Origin: Candidatus Eiseniibacteriota bacterium
Lineage (GTDB): Bacteria; Arandabacterota; Arandabacteria; Arandabacterales; Arandabacteraceae
Assembly (NCBI GenBank): GCA_043810925.1
Contig: JBDRNT010000070.1
Coordinates: forward strand, 1 to 32,807
Length of the DNA: 32,807 bases
Reading direction: 5' to 3'
The notes below the pieces were generated by a model, which searched no databases, was not told the DNA's origin, and saw only the letters and a list, made by a program, of their open reading frames with translations. Position 1 is the first letter of the stretch. Each line of letters begins with the position of its first letter. Position numbers and translations under genes: made by a program. This document shows, piece after piece, positions 1 to 9,800 of this stretch.

Positions 1-1551
1 ATCGGCACCATCGAGGACCTGACCCTCAATATCGACTTCGGGATACCGATCGTACAGCCCGTGCAATTCGGCACAGATGCGGGGGTCCAGAGATTTGTGG
101 AGATCACAGAGGATAGGGTGCTGGGCCTGCCTTTGTACAACGGGACCCCGTACTACTACCAGGTCGCCGCGTACGCCTACAATCCCGACCCGGAGGAGGG
201 TTTGCCGAAGACCCTGGAAAGCTTTTCCGAGATCTTAAGGGTAATCCCTCAGGAGCCCGCATCCGATGTTGTCATCCGTGAAGAGCCCAGCGACGTCGAG
301 GTGAAGCAGGTTATCACCAATCCCGAGCTTCTGCCGAGCACCGATAGGATCGACATCTTCATAACCAATCCTTTCGAGCTCACAGGAGACACCTACCGCG
401 TCGAGTTCCGGGAGCGTGCCACACCCGATACCATAATAGCAGGCGACGATACAACGATCGCCTACTACGAGTGGAACCTCAAGAACCAAACCACCGGCCT
501 CCCCTTCTACGAGAACTGGTGGACCGACAAGACCGGCAACAATGCCAACTACAACGTGACCGACGGCTTCCTGGCAAAGGTTATTGGCAACCACACGGCG
601 GAGCTTGCCCAGGTGGAATTTCTGGGACCGGACGGTGCGAGGTCGATGGTCCTTACCGGTGTGGATTGGGGTGGTGGTTACGCCATAAACGGTTCCGGTG
701 GGCCGGGAGCGGACTATGGCTTGATGTTCTTTGGGAGCGAGCTTGACCCGGTGGCGAATGCGGACCAGTTTGCAACGGTCGAGGTGAGGTTCAGCCAGAC
801 CGAGACGCAGATGGCTTACAGATACAAGCGGCCGGGTTATGCCTTCCAGGACTTCGTCGAGGTACCGTTCCAGGTGTGGGACACCGACAACAACGTCCAG
901 CTCAACGCCTGTTTCGTGGAGAACGAGGGGGACCCGACCTTCGACGGGACCTGGGATCCCGACGACAGCGATCTCGGCGGCAGGGAGTACCTCTTCATAA
1001 TGAGAAGCGAATACGACGCGGGCGGTGGACTCTACAATGGCGGGGGCGACGGTACCGCGGCCGACGTACTTTATGCGCTCTGGCCCAGGCTCCGAAGCGG
1101 ATACAAATTCTACGATGACGTGGCCAACGGATCCATTCTGAAGTGGACATGGGCGCGGCCTGCCACAGACGAGTATTATTACGAATTCACACCGGAGGAT
1201 CCCGACGTCAGCACTTCGAAGGCGGCAGGCATGCTTGGGAACATACGGGTGGTTCCCAACCCTTACTTCGCGAAATCGCAATACGAACTCGACCAGTTTG
1301 ACCATATCGTCAAGTTCACTAATATGCCGCGCAGGTGCACCATAAGGGTATTCAATCTCGCCGGTGACCTGGTGCGCACGCTGGAGAAGACCGATACCGC
1401 GACATCCATCATGGAGTGGGATCTCCTGAATGAGAATGCGATACCGGTGGGCAGCGGATTCTATTTCTATCATGTTGATGCTCCTGACATAGGATCTACT
1501 TTCGGCCGGATGGCTGTGTTCCAGTCCGAAGAACGCTTGAACACATTCTAG
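1..1551 (+). CDS. Large secreted/surface protein, 5'-truncated, with a C-terminal FlgD-Ig/T9SS-like sorting domain
   Basis: The frame is open from base 1, in frame with ORF 61..1551. The protein is beta-rich and acidic, with an FN3-like YYYQVAAY segment. Its C-terminus (NIRVVPNPY...KFTNMP..CTIRVFNLAGDLVRTL...WDLLNEN..PVGSGFYFYHV) is typical of cargo proteins encoded just upstream of PorV-like genes. Confidence 0.8.
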   Translation: MGTIEDLTLNIDFGIPIVQPVQFGTDAGVQRFVEITEDRVLGLPLYNGTPYYYQVAAYAYNPDPEEGLPKTLESFSEILRVIPQEPASDVVIREEPSDVEVKQVITNPELLPSTDRIDIFITNPFELTGDTYRVEFRERATPDTIIAGDDTTIAYYEWNLKNQTTGLPFYENWWTDKTGNNANYNVTDGFLAKVIGNHTAELAQVEFLGPDGARSMVLTGVDWGGGYAINGSGGPGADYGLMFFGSELDPVANADQFATVEVRFSQTETQMAYRYKRPGYAFQDFVEVPFQVWDTDNNVQLNACFVENEGDPTFDGTWDPDDSDLGGREYLFIMRSEYDAGGGLYNGGGDGTAADVLYALWPRLRSGYKFYDDVANGSILKWTWARPATDEYYYEFTPEDPDVSTSKAAGMLGNIRVVPNPYFAKSQYELDQFDHIVKFTNMPRRCTIRVFNLAGDLVRTLEKTDTATSIMEWDLLNENAIPVGSGFYFYHVDAPDIGSTFGRMAVFQSEERLNTF

Positions 1552-1591
1552 AAATGAGGCCGATAACGGTAACCTCTTTGCAAGGAGGTAG

Positions 1592-2602
1592 GTGATGTTC
1601 AGAAATCTGGTCACCCTTGTTGCAGTTCTCCTGCTGATAACGGGAATCGCATCCGGGAATAGTAAGATGGGTGTGGCCGGGGGCACAGAGCTCAGGATAC
1701 CTGTAGGTACGAGATCGACCGCGATGGCCGGAGCCGTTGTGGCCGATGTCACCGGAAGCGAGGCTCTCTTCTGGAATCCGGCAGGCGCGGCGTCGGCAAT
1801 GGGAACCGAAGCATATTTTTCCTACAGGGGCTATTTCGCCGACACCTATCTGACTTATTTTGGTGTGGTGTCGTCGTTTGGTTACGGAACGGTGGGTGTT
1901 CATGCCAAGATACTCAGCCTGGGGGATATCTATGTCACCACCGAAAGCGCATGGGACGGCACCGGTGAGATATACTCAGTGAACATCCCCGTCCTGGGTT
2001 TGACTTACGCCAAGGCAATGACCGACCGGGTATCCATCGGTGCCACCGTCATGTACGTTTCTGAGGAAATCATGGGCACCAGCGCGAGGGGAATGGCCTT
2101 CGACTTCGGGTTCCAGTATGTGCCTGGCTGGAAGACGCTGAAACTCGGAATGGCCATGAAGAACTACGGTCCCAGGCTGCGTTATTCGGGGCCGGGTTTT
2201 GAGCACTCCGTCATTGTGCCCGGAGACGATCCCCAAGCCTCAAACAGGATACTGTCATTGGAGGCCGCCGCTTTCGAGCTGCCTTCCTACTTCCAGTTGG
2301 GTGTGTCCTATGACTTCAACCTGGAGCAGAGCGGTATCCTCAGAACGGGAGTCGATTTCCAGAGCAACAACTTCTCACAAGATGAGTACCGGCTGGGAGC
2401 CGAATATGTGATTCAGAACCGGTTTCACCTTAGGGGCGGGTATGTTTACTGCGATCAGGCCGAGTACCTGTATGGCGCCACCATCGGTGTAGGAGTAGAC
2501 TTCAACCTCGGCCAAACCAAGGGAGCCGTCAATTACACACACAACTTCATCAGCAATTACTTCGACGATGTATCGGAGGTCTCGATAGCTTTCGGATTCT
2601 AA
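1592..2602 (+). CDS. PorV/PorQ (UPF0164-like) outer-membrane beta-barrel protein
   Basis: RBS AGGAGG precedes GTG/ATG. Signal peptide, motifs L.IPVGTRSTAMAG and ALFWNPAG, AFDFGFQY, LGAEY, LRGGY, and a terminal Phe (IAFGF). Confidence 0.85.
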   Translation: MMFRNLVTLVAVLLLITGIASGNSKMGVAGGTELRIPVGTRSTAMAGAVVADVTGSEALFWNPAGAASAMGTEAYFSYRGYFADTYLTYFGVVSSFGYGTVGVHAKILSLGDIYVTTESAWDGTGEIYSVNIPVLGLTYAKAMTDRVSIGATVMYVSEEIMGTSARGMAFDFGFQYVPGWKTLKLGMAMKNYGPRLRYSGPGFEHSVIVPGDDPQASNRILSLEAAAFELPSYFQLGVSYDFNLEQSGILRTGVDFQSNNFSQDEYRLGAEYVIQNRFHLRGGYVYCDQAEYLYGATIGVGVDFNLGQTKGAVNYTHNFISNYFDDVSEVSIAFGF

Positions 2603-3724
2603 TACAAGTAATACGCTATCTCGCATCCCACCAGGCCAACTACAGGGAGTGGAAGGGACATCGTGACCCCCCTTGAGAATACGTGACGGTGTTTGTTCCA
2701 TCAAGTCCTCAATGAAGACCGGTGGTATCATTGTGACATGGATAGGTAGGTCGGGTTTCTTCTCCTTTGCCAACTGCCATGGCGTCTTTCCCTCCTTGTA
2801 TGAGTTGGTTCTAATGAGATTGAAGGCCATCTGATAGGTGCGTGCCTTTCTTAAGAAGTCATCTCTGCCGGTGAAAGTCTCGAGTTCGTAGAATTCTGTC
2901 TCTACGAGGTTATGCACAGTCTCGACATCAGATTGATAGGTATATGCCCCGGGAGGAATGGTCTGATGTGACTGGCCCGCGACCTTCTCAACGACCCTGG
3001 TGTAGGCGCTCGGCTCCTTGGCGGTCACATTACCGATATACTCACTGCCGTTATCGGTCTGGCGCTTGGTTCGTGAAAGATCTACCCCGTATTCCTTGAG
3101 TGCCTCATTGAGATAGTCCGCAAACAGCACTGAGTTGGTGAGCGATCTCTCCTGGGCAAAGCCCATGAAAAGGAGTCCCGTGGTCACATCCCGGGCCGTA
3201 TACTGCATGGTAGGAAGGCCCAGACTCTTCATCTGAAAATAATACTCCGGAATGTCGCAGAGATCCTTCGTATCCTCGGCGATCTGCTGGAAGAGCCTCC
3301 ACTGGCGTTTCATCTCTCTCAAGTTCTGCTTAGTACGAGACTTCTTACGTCTCTTGCGTGAGGAGACACCCTCTTGGCGCCAGATCTTCCGTATCGTGCG
3401 GGGACTGCGACTGAGATGTTCTATTGTCCTTATCTGGTCGGCTCCCAGGCGTTTGTACCTGGCCTTCAGCGCCACCAGATGCTCTCGCTCCTCGGGCGGC
3501 GTGGCAAGAGGGCTGTGCCGGGGCCGGCGGGATCGTCCCTCAAGTCCCCTGTAACCCACCTCATTCCACCGGCGCCACCACTTGCGCACCGTGTTGCGCG
3601 AGGTATGGAATGCTCTGGCCGTCTGCTTGATGCCTACCCGATCAACTGAGAGCACCATCCGATACCTCAACTGTTTTGGGTCTTTACTTGTTCTCATAAC
3701 GTTGTAGTATCTGTACGGACACAT
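2375..3724 (-). CDS. IS481-like transposase (HTH plus integrase core); only 2645..3724 (360 codons) lies inside the element
   Basis: N-terminal HTH IKQTARAFHTSRNTVRKWWRRW..G..GL..RSRRPRHSP. DDE residues in EDTKDL, QTDNGSEY and SDVETVH. The frame runs through the inverted repeat (GGHDVPSTP) into flanking DNA until 2375. Confidence 0.88.
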   Translation of the reverse strand: MCPYRYYNVMRTSKDPKQLRYRMVLSVDRVGIKQTARAFHTSRNTVRKWWRRWNEVGYRGLEGRSRRPRHSPLATPPEEREHLVALKARYKRLGADQIRTIEHLSRSPRTIRKIWRQEGVSSRKRRKKSRTKQNLREMKRQWRLFQQIAEDTKDLCDIPEYYFQMKSLGLPTMQYTARDVTTGLLFMGFAQERSLTNSVLFADYLNEALKEYGVDLSRTKRQTDNGSEYIGNVTAKEPSAYTRVVEKVAGQSHQTIPPGAYTYQSDVETVHNLVETEFYELETFTGRDDFLRKARTYQMAFNLIRTNSYKEGKTPWQLAKEKKPDLPIHVTMIPPVFIEDLMEQTPSRILKGGHDVPSTPCSWPGGMRDSVLLVLESESYRDLRYIVEVIADEVVCVIDGSLGLAEVEVYSYTDGGAIQVLGLIAVNIPAPKVKPVLNHIFGSQPVLIL

Positions 3725-3729
3725 GAGTT

Positions 3730-3760
3730 ATGACCCCCATTTCTTGCGAACTGAGGTCAT
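3730..3760 (-). promoter_or_regulatory. Hairpin with a GCAA tetraloop covering the putative transposase Shine-Dalgarno sequence
   Basis: The minus-strand RNA reads AUGACCUCAGUUC-GCAA-GAAAUGGGGGUCAU. The GGGGG (3738-3734) lies in the 3' arm, 9 nt before the ATG at 3724. Confidence 0.55.
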
Positions 3761-3775
3761 TTTAGCCTTTGGCGC

Positions 3776-4099
3776 TCATGTGTCCATCCATTTTGGGGCG
3801 CGACTCCCGAGCAATCTCCGCAGAGATCGTCGCTCCTCGGGGCTTAGATCGCCCCAGATTCTCTCTTCCTGCCATCCTTCGGGCCAATCCGGTATCTCGA
3901 CATCCTCACAGAGGTCTTCCGGGAGGTCCAGGGATGTGAAGTACCTCTCGGCCACCTCCTCCAGATCGGCATCATCAGATTTCTCTTCCCGATCTTCATA
4001 CACCTCCGGGGCTGGTACCTTGACCTCCACGACACGCGAAGGTCGATGTGCCTCCACCAACTCCAGGAGAGCCTGCCAACCATCCTCACCCAACAACAC
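3776..4099 (-). CDS. Small acidic hypothetical protein inside the IS (start uncertain: 4099, 4102 or 4111)
   Basis: An open frame lies between the inverted repeat and the transposase, in the same orientation, with a purine-rich SD-like stretch upstream. About 107 aa with about 30 D/E by hand count. The ORF-track start at 4237 is outside the element. Confidence 0.45.
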   Translation of the reverse strand: MLLGEDGWQALLELVEAHRPSRVVEVKVPAPEVYEDREEKSDDADLEEVAERYFTSLDLPEDLCEDVEIPDWPEGWQEERIWGDLSPEERRSLRRLLGSRAPKWMDT

Positions 4100-4168
4100 C
4101 AACTTCCCCAACCACCTAGAGGGGTCACCTTGTCTCTTCCTGTTCCCACGGGAGACTGAGGCGAGCAA

Positions 4169-4197
4169 TTGACACGACGCCCGGGCTGTGGTACACT
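4169..4197 (+). promoter_or_regulatory. Sigma70-type promoter of the subtilase gene
   Basis: TTGACA (4169-4174), 17-bp spacer, TACACT (4192-4197), with an extended -10 TG at 4189-4190. Confidence 0.75.
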
Positions 4198-4295
4198 TCA
4201 GCGGTGTGGTGTTCAGTTTATACGATGGTTTTTCCATACGCCGAGATGTCGTAAGCGTATTGCCTCTTCTTCGTTGGACGCACCAGGAGGCTGTT

Positions 4296-6638
4296 ATGAT
4301 GTGCCGAGCAGCTCTCGTTCTAGCGGCACTCCTGAGCTGTGGTCTGCTTGTGACTCAGACAGCGGCCCAGGATTGCAGCCCGGATCACTTCACGATCCAA
4401 TTTGCTGATGACGTGACGCTATCATTCCAGGACAGCGTAGTCATGACGGGGATACCCTCGATTGACACTCTGAACGTGTTCTATCAAGTGGTTCATGCGG
4501 AGAGTGTTTTTAAGAGATCGAGTGGAATGTCTCCACCCGACTCCGCCCTCTATGATTCCCTGGGTCTTGGAAGAACCTATCTGTTCGGCACATATGACCC
4601 CATTGTCGATTCGGCTCTTGTAGCGGAGTACGCAGCTGATCCTTATGTCGAGGTAGCTGAACGCGACTGCGAATTCCATGCCATCGCCGGTGTTTTCCCC
4701 AACGACCCCTTCTTCGGTTTTCAGTGGGGATTTCACAATGACACGCTGAATGCGGGCTGGCCGGACGCCGACAAGAACGCGCCCGAAGGCTGGATGCTGC
4801 AGCAGGACGCCGTGCTCACCGCCATTCTCGACACCGGTGTTGATCGGGACCATGAAGATCTCTGGTCGCGTATCTGGATCAACTCGGATGAGGCGGGTGG
4901 TGTGGGGGGTAAGGATGACGACGGCAACGGCTATGTGGATGACATCTGGGGTTGGAACTGGGCTCAGGACAGCCCGAATACGTGGGATGACCATGGACAC
5001 GGTACACATGTGGCCGGGATCGCAGGTGCCGAACCGGGCAACGCCGCCGGAGTCGCCGGACAGGGCTGGACCTACCGATTCTTGATGACGCTCAAGGTAC
5101 TGGACGGCAATGGTGACGGCAGCGGCGCCTGGATATCCCAGGGTGTTTTCTATGCGGTTAACAAGGGTGCCAAGGTCATCAACCTGAGTCTGGGCAGCTA
5201 CAACCCGAGTGCGGTCCTGCGGCAGAGCATAGACTTCGCCTATGGCTCGGGGTGCGTTATCGTTGCCGCCATAGGCAACGACGATTCGGAGCTCCCGTTC
5301 TACCCGGCCGCCTATGACAATGTTATCGCGGTCGGCGCGACCGATTTTCATGACAACCGGGCCTGGTTTTCCAACCACGGGCTCTATATCGATGTGGTCG
5401 CGCCGGGTGCGGATATCTACAGCACCTGGCCGGGCGATAGCTATGCATGGGAAAGCGGGACTTCCATGTCGGCGCCCCACGTATCCGGCCTGGCGGCCCT
5501 CATCATGGCGGCGCGACCGGGCCTGAGCAACTGGGAAGTCCGCTCCATCATCCGTGATACGTCCGATGATGAGGTCGGGGATCCGGTCGAGGATATAGCC
5601 GGGTTCGATGACTACTACGGCTACGGCAGGATAAACGACTATTCCGCTCTCGCCTACACTATCTGCTATCCTGCATACATTCCTCTTCTGGAGGACACGA
5701 GAATCAGCTGTGCAACCGATCACACGACCTTTTCGCTGGGCCATCTCCAGCAGCCCGGTCCGGACCGGTGGGAGGTCGTGGGGGTGAGGATGCCGGAGAA
5801 TCCGGATTTCGGGCTGACGCTATGGGATTCTGTCGGGGGGTGGTTCATGACAGGAACGCCGGATGACTCCGTTGAATTCGTCGTTTTGCATCAACGCAAT
5901 TCGGGTTTCTCGACAGCGCTGGTTGACGCCGAGGGAGACTGCGGGAAGTATGCGATCGAGTGGGCAAAGCCCTTTGCGTTTTTGGATCCCCCCCCATGGA
6001 CGGATTCTGAGTTTGGCCCCTTCCAATGGCCGAGTGCTCACGTTGTGCAGATCTGCTGCATTCAAATGCAGAAGTACTGCCGGTACGACATCAGCCTTGA
6101 TCAGGCGGATCCTGCCGATCTTGGAATGGCTCTCTTCCAGCCCGAACCGGATCCTGGGATCTACCAGGACCGATGGTCGGCGGTGGTGGTTGCGGATGAG
6201 AACGGGTCCGCTGGATCGGAGTTCTTGACGCACGTTGCGGACACAACGGCCTGGCATGCTCTGGCCATCTGGAGCAATAACGGAAGGCAATCCTCATATA
6301 ATATTAGAATTCCCCGGGTAGCTGGTGTGGCCGACCGGGAGGAGTCCCCGCCACCGGCAGACTTCACCCTATCACAGAACCTTCCCAACCCCTTCCGTTT
6401 CGGCACCACAATTCAATACGAAGTCCCCGGCAGTAGCAGAGTGGTTCTCACGGTCTACGACACTGCAGGACGCAGGGTTGCGACCCTCTTGGATCGGGAA
6501 GTGGGCGCCGGCCGATACACTGCGTACTGGAACGGGAATAATGAGGTGGGCGCAACCGTGGGGCCGGGTGTGTACATCTGCCGATTGCAGGCGGGTAGTC
6601 GGATCGAGACTGTGAAAATGGTCACTATAGTCCGGTGA
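4296..6638 (+). CDS. Secreted S8 (subtilisin/thermitase-like) serine peptidase with PPC-like domain(s) and a T9SS/FlgD-type C-terminal domain
   Basis: RBS AGGAGG then ATG 4296 and a signal peptide. Catalytic triad ILDTGVD, HGHGTHVAG, SGTSMSAPHV. DDDGNGYVDDIWGWN insert. C-terminal LSQNLPNPF...TTIQY...VYDTAGRRVATL...WNG..GVYICRL. Confidence 0.92.
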   Translation: MMCRAALVLAALLSCGLLVTQTAAQDCSPDHFTIQFADDVTLSFQDSVVMTGIPSIDTLNVFYQVVHAESVFKRSSGMSPPDSALYDSLGLGRTYLFGTYDPIVDSALVAEYAADPYVEVAERDCEFHAIAGVFPNDPFFGFQWGFHNDTLNAGWPDADKNAPEGWMLQQDAVLTAILDTGVDRDHEDLWSRIWINSDEAGGVGGKDDDGNGYVDDIWGWNWAQDSPNTWDDHGHGTHVAGIAGAEPGNAAGVAGQGWTYRFLMTLKVLDGNGDGSGAWISQGVFYAVNKGAKVINLSLGSYNPSAVLRQSIDFAYGSGCVIVAAIGNDDSELPFYPAAYDNVIAVGATDFHDNRAWFSNHGLYIDVVAPGADIYSTWPGDSYAWESGTSMSAPHVSGLAALIMAARPGLSNWEVRSIIRDTSDDEVGDPVEDIAGFDDYYGYGRINDYSALAYTICYPAYIPLLEDTRISCATDHTTFSLGHLQQPGPDRWEVVGVRMPENPDFGLTLWDSVGGWFMTGTPDDSVEFVVLHQRNSGFSTALVDAEGDCGKYAIEWAKPFAFLDPPPWTDSEFGPFQWPSAHVVQICCIQMQKYCRYDISLDQADPADLGMALFQPEPDPGIYQDRWSAVVVADENGSAGSEFLTHVADTTAWHALAIWSNNGRQSSYNIRIPRVAGVADREESPPPADFTLSQNLPNPFRFGTTIQYEVPGSSRVVLTVYDTAGRRVATLLDREVGAGRYTAYWNGNNEVGATVGPGVYICRLQAGSRIETVKMVTIVR

Positions 6639-6789
6639 CAGTCTGCTGGTTACCCCCGTGATTCCCTGGCAGCTACCTCAATGTCCGAAAGCGTGCTTCC
6701 ACCCCGGAAGCCGACCCTATCTCTTCCGCCCTCAAAACTCCTGACTGCATTTGCACACAGACTGATACTCTGCATGACCCAAGAGTGGC

Positions 6790-6818
6790 TTGACCCATCC
6801 AGTGAGGTTCTATAAACT
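6790..6818 (+). promoter_or_regulatory. Sigma70-type promoter upstream of the TPR-CHAT gene
   Basis: TTGACC (6790-6795), 17-bp spacer, TAAACT (6813-6818). Confidence 0.6.
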
Positions 6819-6883
6819 GATAGCAGCCCGAGCGTGTTGCGATTTCGCCGCGCCGGCGGTATTCCAGAATGGAGGCACGGTAA

Positions 6884-9800
6884 ATGAGACTCGGACCGCA
6901 GAGTGATACTGCGCTGGCAGGGTGGCTCTTGTTCGGAGTTTTCCTGATGACCTCATTGGCGGTATTCGGTGCCGACAAAGAGTATTCTCAGCAGATCGAC
7001 CACATCCAGGATCTCATAGATGGGTACAGGTACAACCATGCGGACTCTCTCGCAACCGAGATGCTGGCAAGTGTCGAGGAAACATACGGTGCCCAGTCGA
7101 TGGAAGTGGTGGAGGTTCTCGATCTCATTGTCAAGGCCCGTTCAAGTAGCGGGGGAAAGATAGAAAGCCATGTGTTAATCAAGTTTGCGGAGCGAGCTTT
7201 AGAAATCCGGGAAAGCTTGTTTGGACCCGACGACCCGGAGGTGGCCACAGGCTTGCTCAACCTTGGCTTGATGCTGAATATCGCTGAAGACTACGAGAGC
7301 GCCGTAGAAGTCTATGATCGAGGCATCGCGATTGCAGAAAGAGCGCATGGGGCCGATGGTCCGCTTGCTGCCAAGATCCTGGCTGCAAAGGGTAGAACCC
7401 TGCAGGGCCCGGGTACATACAGTGAAGCCGTCACCTGTCTTGAACAGGCGTTGTCGGTGCAGGAAGCAACGATAGGGGAAGACCACATTGACACGGCAAA
7501 GACGCTCGAGTGGCTTTGCTGGGCCTGGCACTTCATGGGAGAATACCAGAACGCGATTGCTATAGGAGATCGTGGCCTGAAGGTCCACGACAGGCTGTCC
7601 CCGCCCAACCGGCACCTGCGTGCCCGTCTGCTTAATGCCATGGGCTGTACCCTCTCCCGCGCTGGAAATCATGAGCGGGCGTGGGACATGTTTCAAGAGG
7701 CATATGAGATCTCCACGGAAATCCTCGGACCCGATGTCTCCGACGTAGGCTATCTGCTTTACAACATGGGAGAGCTCAAGTTGAACTCGGGAGAGCTCGA
7801 TGACGCCTACACCTACTATGAAAAAGGGCTGGAGATTATTGAGCGAACTTACGGCCCGGAGTATGGGGATGTTGCATACGCGCTTTTCAACCTGGCGCAG
7901 ATCCAGAACATGCGTGGCGATTATGTCGGTGCCCGGTCTCTCGCCGAGCGAGTCATCACCATCGATGAGCGAGTTTTCGGAGCTGACAGCCCGCGGCTGG
8001 CTGTACCGCGGCAGCTCCTGGCAGTTATCCTTGAAAACATGGGAGAACATGCCGAGGCACGAAGCATTCTCGAACACTCTCTATCGGTTCTTGAGGGGAT
8101 GGGCGAGCAGGCCGGCATTTCTGCCGCTTCCTGCCGCGGTTCCCTTGCAAGTCTGCTGTCGCGGTTGGGAAGCCATGAAGAGGCAAGGAGCGCCATGGAG
8201 CAGGCCTTGAGTGAGTACGAAGACTCATTTGGACCGGAGCATGCGGCAACGGGTCATATGCATAACCGTCTCGGATGGGTCTACTATACGATGGATGAGG
8301 TCGATCTTGCGCGCCAAGCATTTGAGCGGGCCCTTGCAATCCACGAGAAGACTCTGGGACCGGAAAACGCCGCTACAGCCGGGGATCTCGGGAGCCTTGG
8401 GGTGGCACTCACCCGTCAAGGCCGCTATGATGAGGCGGGGCCTCTGTTTGAGCGGGCACAGGCGATACTTGAAAAAGCCGAGGATCCCCCCGGTCCACGG
8501 ACTGCTATGTGTCTTCACAATCTGGCGATACTCCGAAGGGACGCCGGCAATCCTGAAGCGGCTGCGCTGATCTATGACCGGGCCATTCCCCTCATCGAGA
8601 GTCTATATGGAATGAATCATCCAAACCTGGCTCGTACGCTTTATCACTACGCTGTTCTTCTCGCAGGAACGGGCAAGCAGGCTGAGGCGCTCGAGATTGC
8701 GCTCAGGGCTGAGGAGATCGGCAGCGAGCACCACCGGCTGACCAGCCGCCGGTTCGCCGAACAGGAGGGACTTCGCTATGCCGCGGTCAGGGTCTCGGGT
8801 CTCGATCTGGCCCTGACCATAGCGACTGAGGCAAACGACCCTAATGCTATTGAACCGGTGTGGGATGCGCTGATCCGGTCGCGCGCACTCGTCCTGGACG
8901 AGGTTGCGGCGCGTCACCGCACGGTGACCGACATATCCCGGCTGGCGCAAGACCTGGTGACTGCCAGCGAACGTCTGGCGAGACTTATGGTACGTGGCCC
9001 GGGAGGCGACTCTCCTGAACGCTACAACAATATGGTTGAGGAGGCCCGCAGCCAGAAAGACCGTTCCGAGCGGGCTCTTGCGGACCGCAGCGGCGGCTTC
9101 CGGGAAGACCAGAGAAGATCGAAGGCAACACTTCGTGATGTGGCTTCCGGACTGCCCCGTCGTAGCGCACTGATATCTTTCATACGCTACGACCGGCATG
9201 AAACAGATCCATCCATGGCCCATACTCCGGGTCCGCGTCCGGTCGTCACACCCTCCTACGCGGTCCTGATTCAACGGACTGATGAACGATTGCCGCACGC
9301 CATCGCATTAGGTGATGCAGAAGAAATAGACTGGCTGGTCTCAGAGTGGCGCAAGGAGTTCGAACCAGGCGAGGTTAGAGTAGAAGCGGCGTCCAGGATA
9401 GCAGGTGCAAACCTCCGCCGGAGGATCTGGGATCCGGTCGCGGAGTACCTGGAAGGGATCGATGGGGCCGTGATAGTACCGGATGGTGCCCTGAACCTAG
9501 TAAGTTTCGCTGCGCTTCCTGAGGATGACGGTGGTTACGTGGTGGAGACAGGACCCATCGTCCGCTACGCATCCGCAGAAAGGGATCTTGTTCCATCGGC
9601 GGCTTCACCCATGCATGGTGAGGGAATGCTCGCCCTCGGAGGACCCGACTTTGGGGCTGAGATCGAGGTTGCCGCCCTGAACCCCGCGACATCATTCCGC
9701 GGACAGAGGTCCGGTTGCTCAGAATTTTCTGATCTGCGCTTCGCCGCACTCGCGGGTGCGACTGCGGAAGCCGACGAGATCGCGTCGCTGTGGAGGGATA

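Larger units (their letters stand above)
2645..4146 (-). mobile_element. IS481-like (rve/DDE) insertion sequence, ~1.5 kb
   Basis: Imperfect 26-bp terminal inverted repeats: 2645-2670 (gggagtggaagggacatcgtgacccc) and 4121-4146 (ggggtcaccttgtctcttcctgttcc), 20/26 identical. They enclose a DDE transposase and a small ORF. CA flanks both ends, a possible 2-bp duplication but weak evidence. The right end could be 4147. Confidence 0.8.

Noticed and set aside
235-1752. 505-aa antisense ORF, and similar long shadow ORFs at 4422..5744, 7199..8077, 10236..11348 and 31297..32325
   Set aside because: They lie opposite well-supported genes, carry no recognisable motifs, and are expected in GC-rich coding DNA.
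4188-4295. N-terminal extension of the subtilase in the ORF track, and similar extensions at 12342, 22822, 26720 and 29860
   Set aside because: These starts overlap promoters or upstream genes. The downstream ATGs have SD sequences and match family N-termini.
6676-6683. cctcaatg matching the start of the IS1380 inverted repeat
   Set aside because: Only 8 bp with no further similarity, which is compatible with chance.
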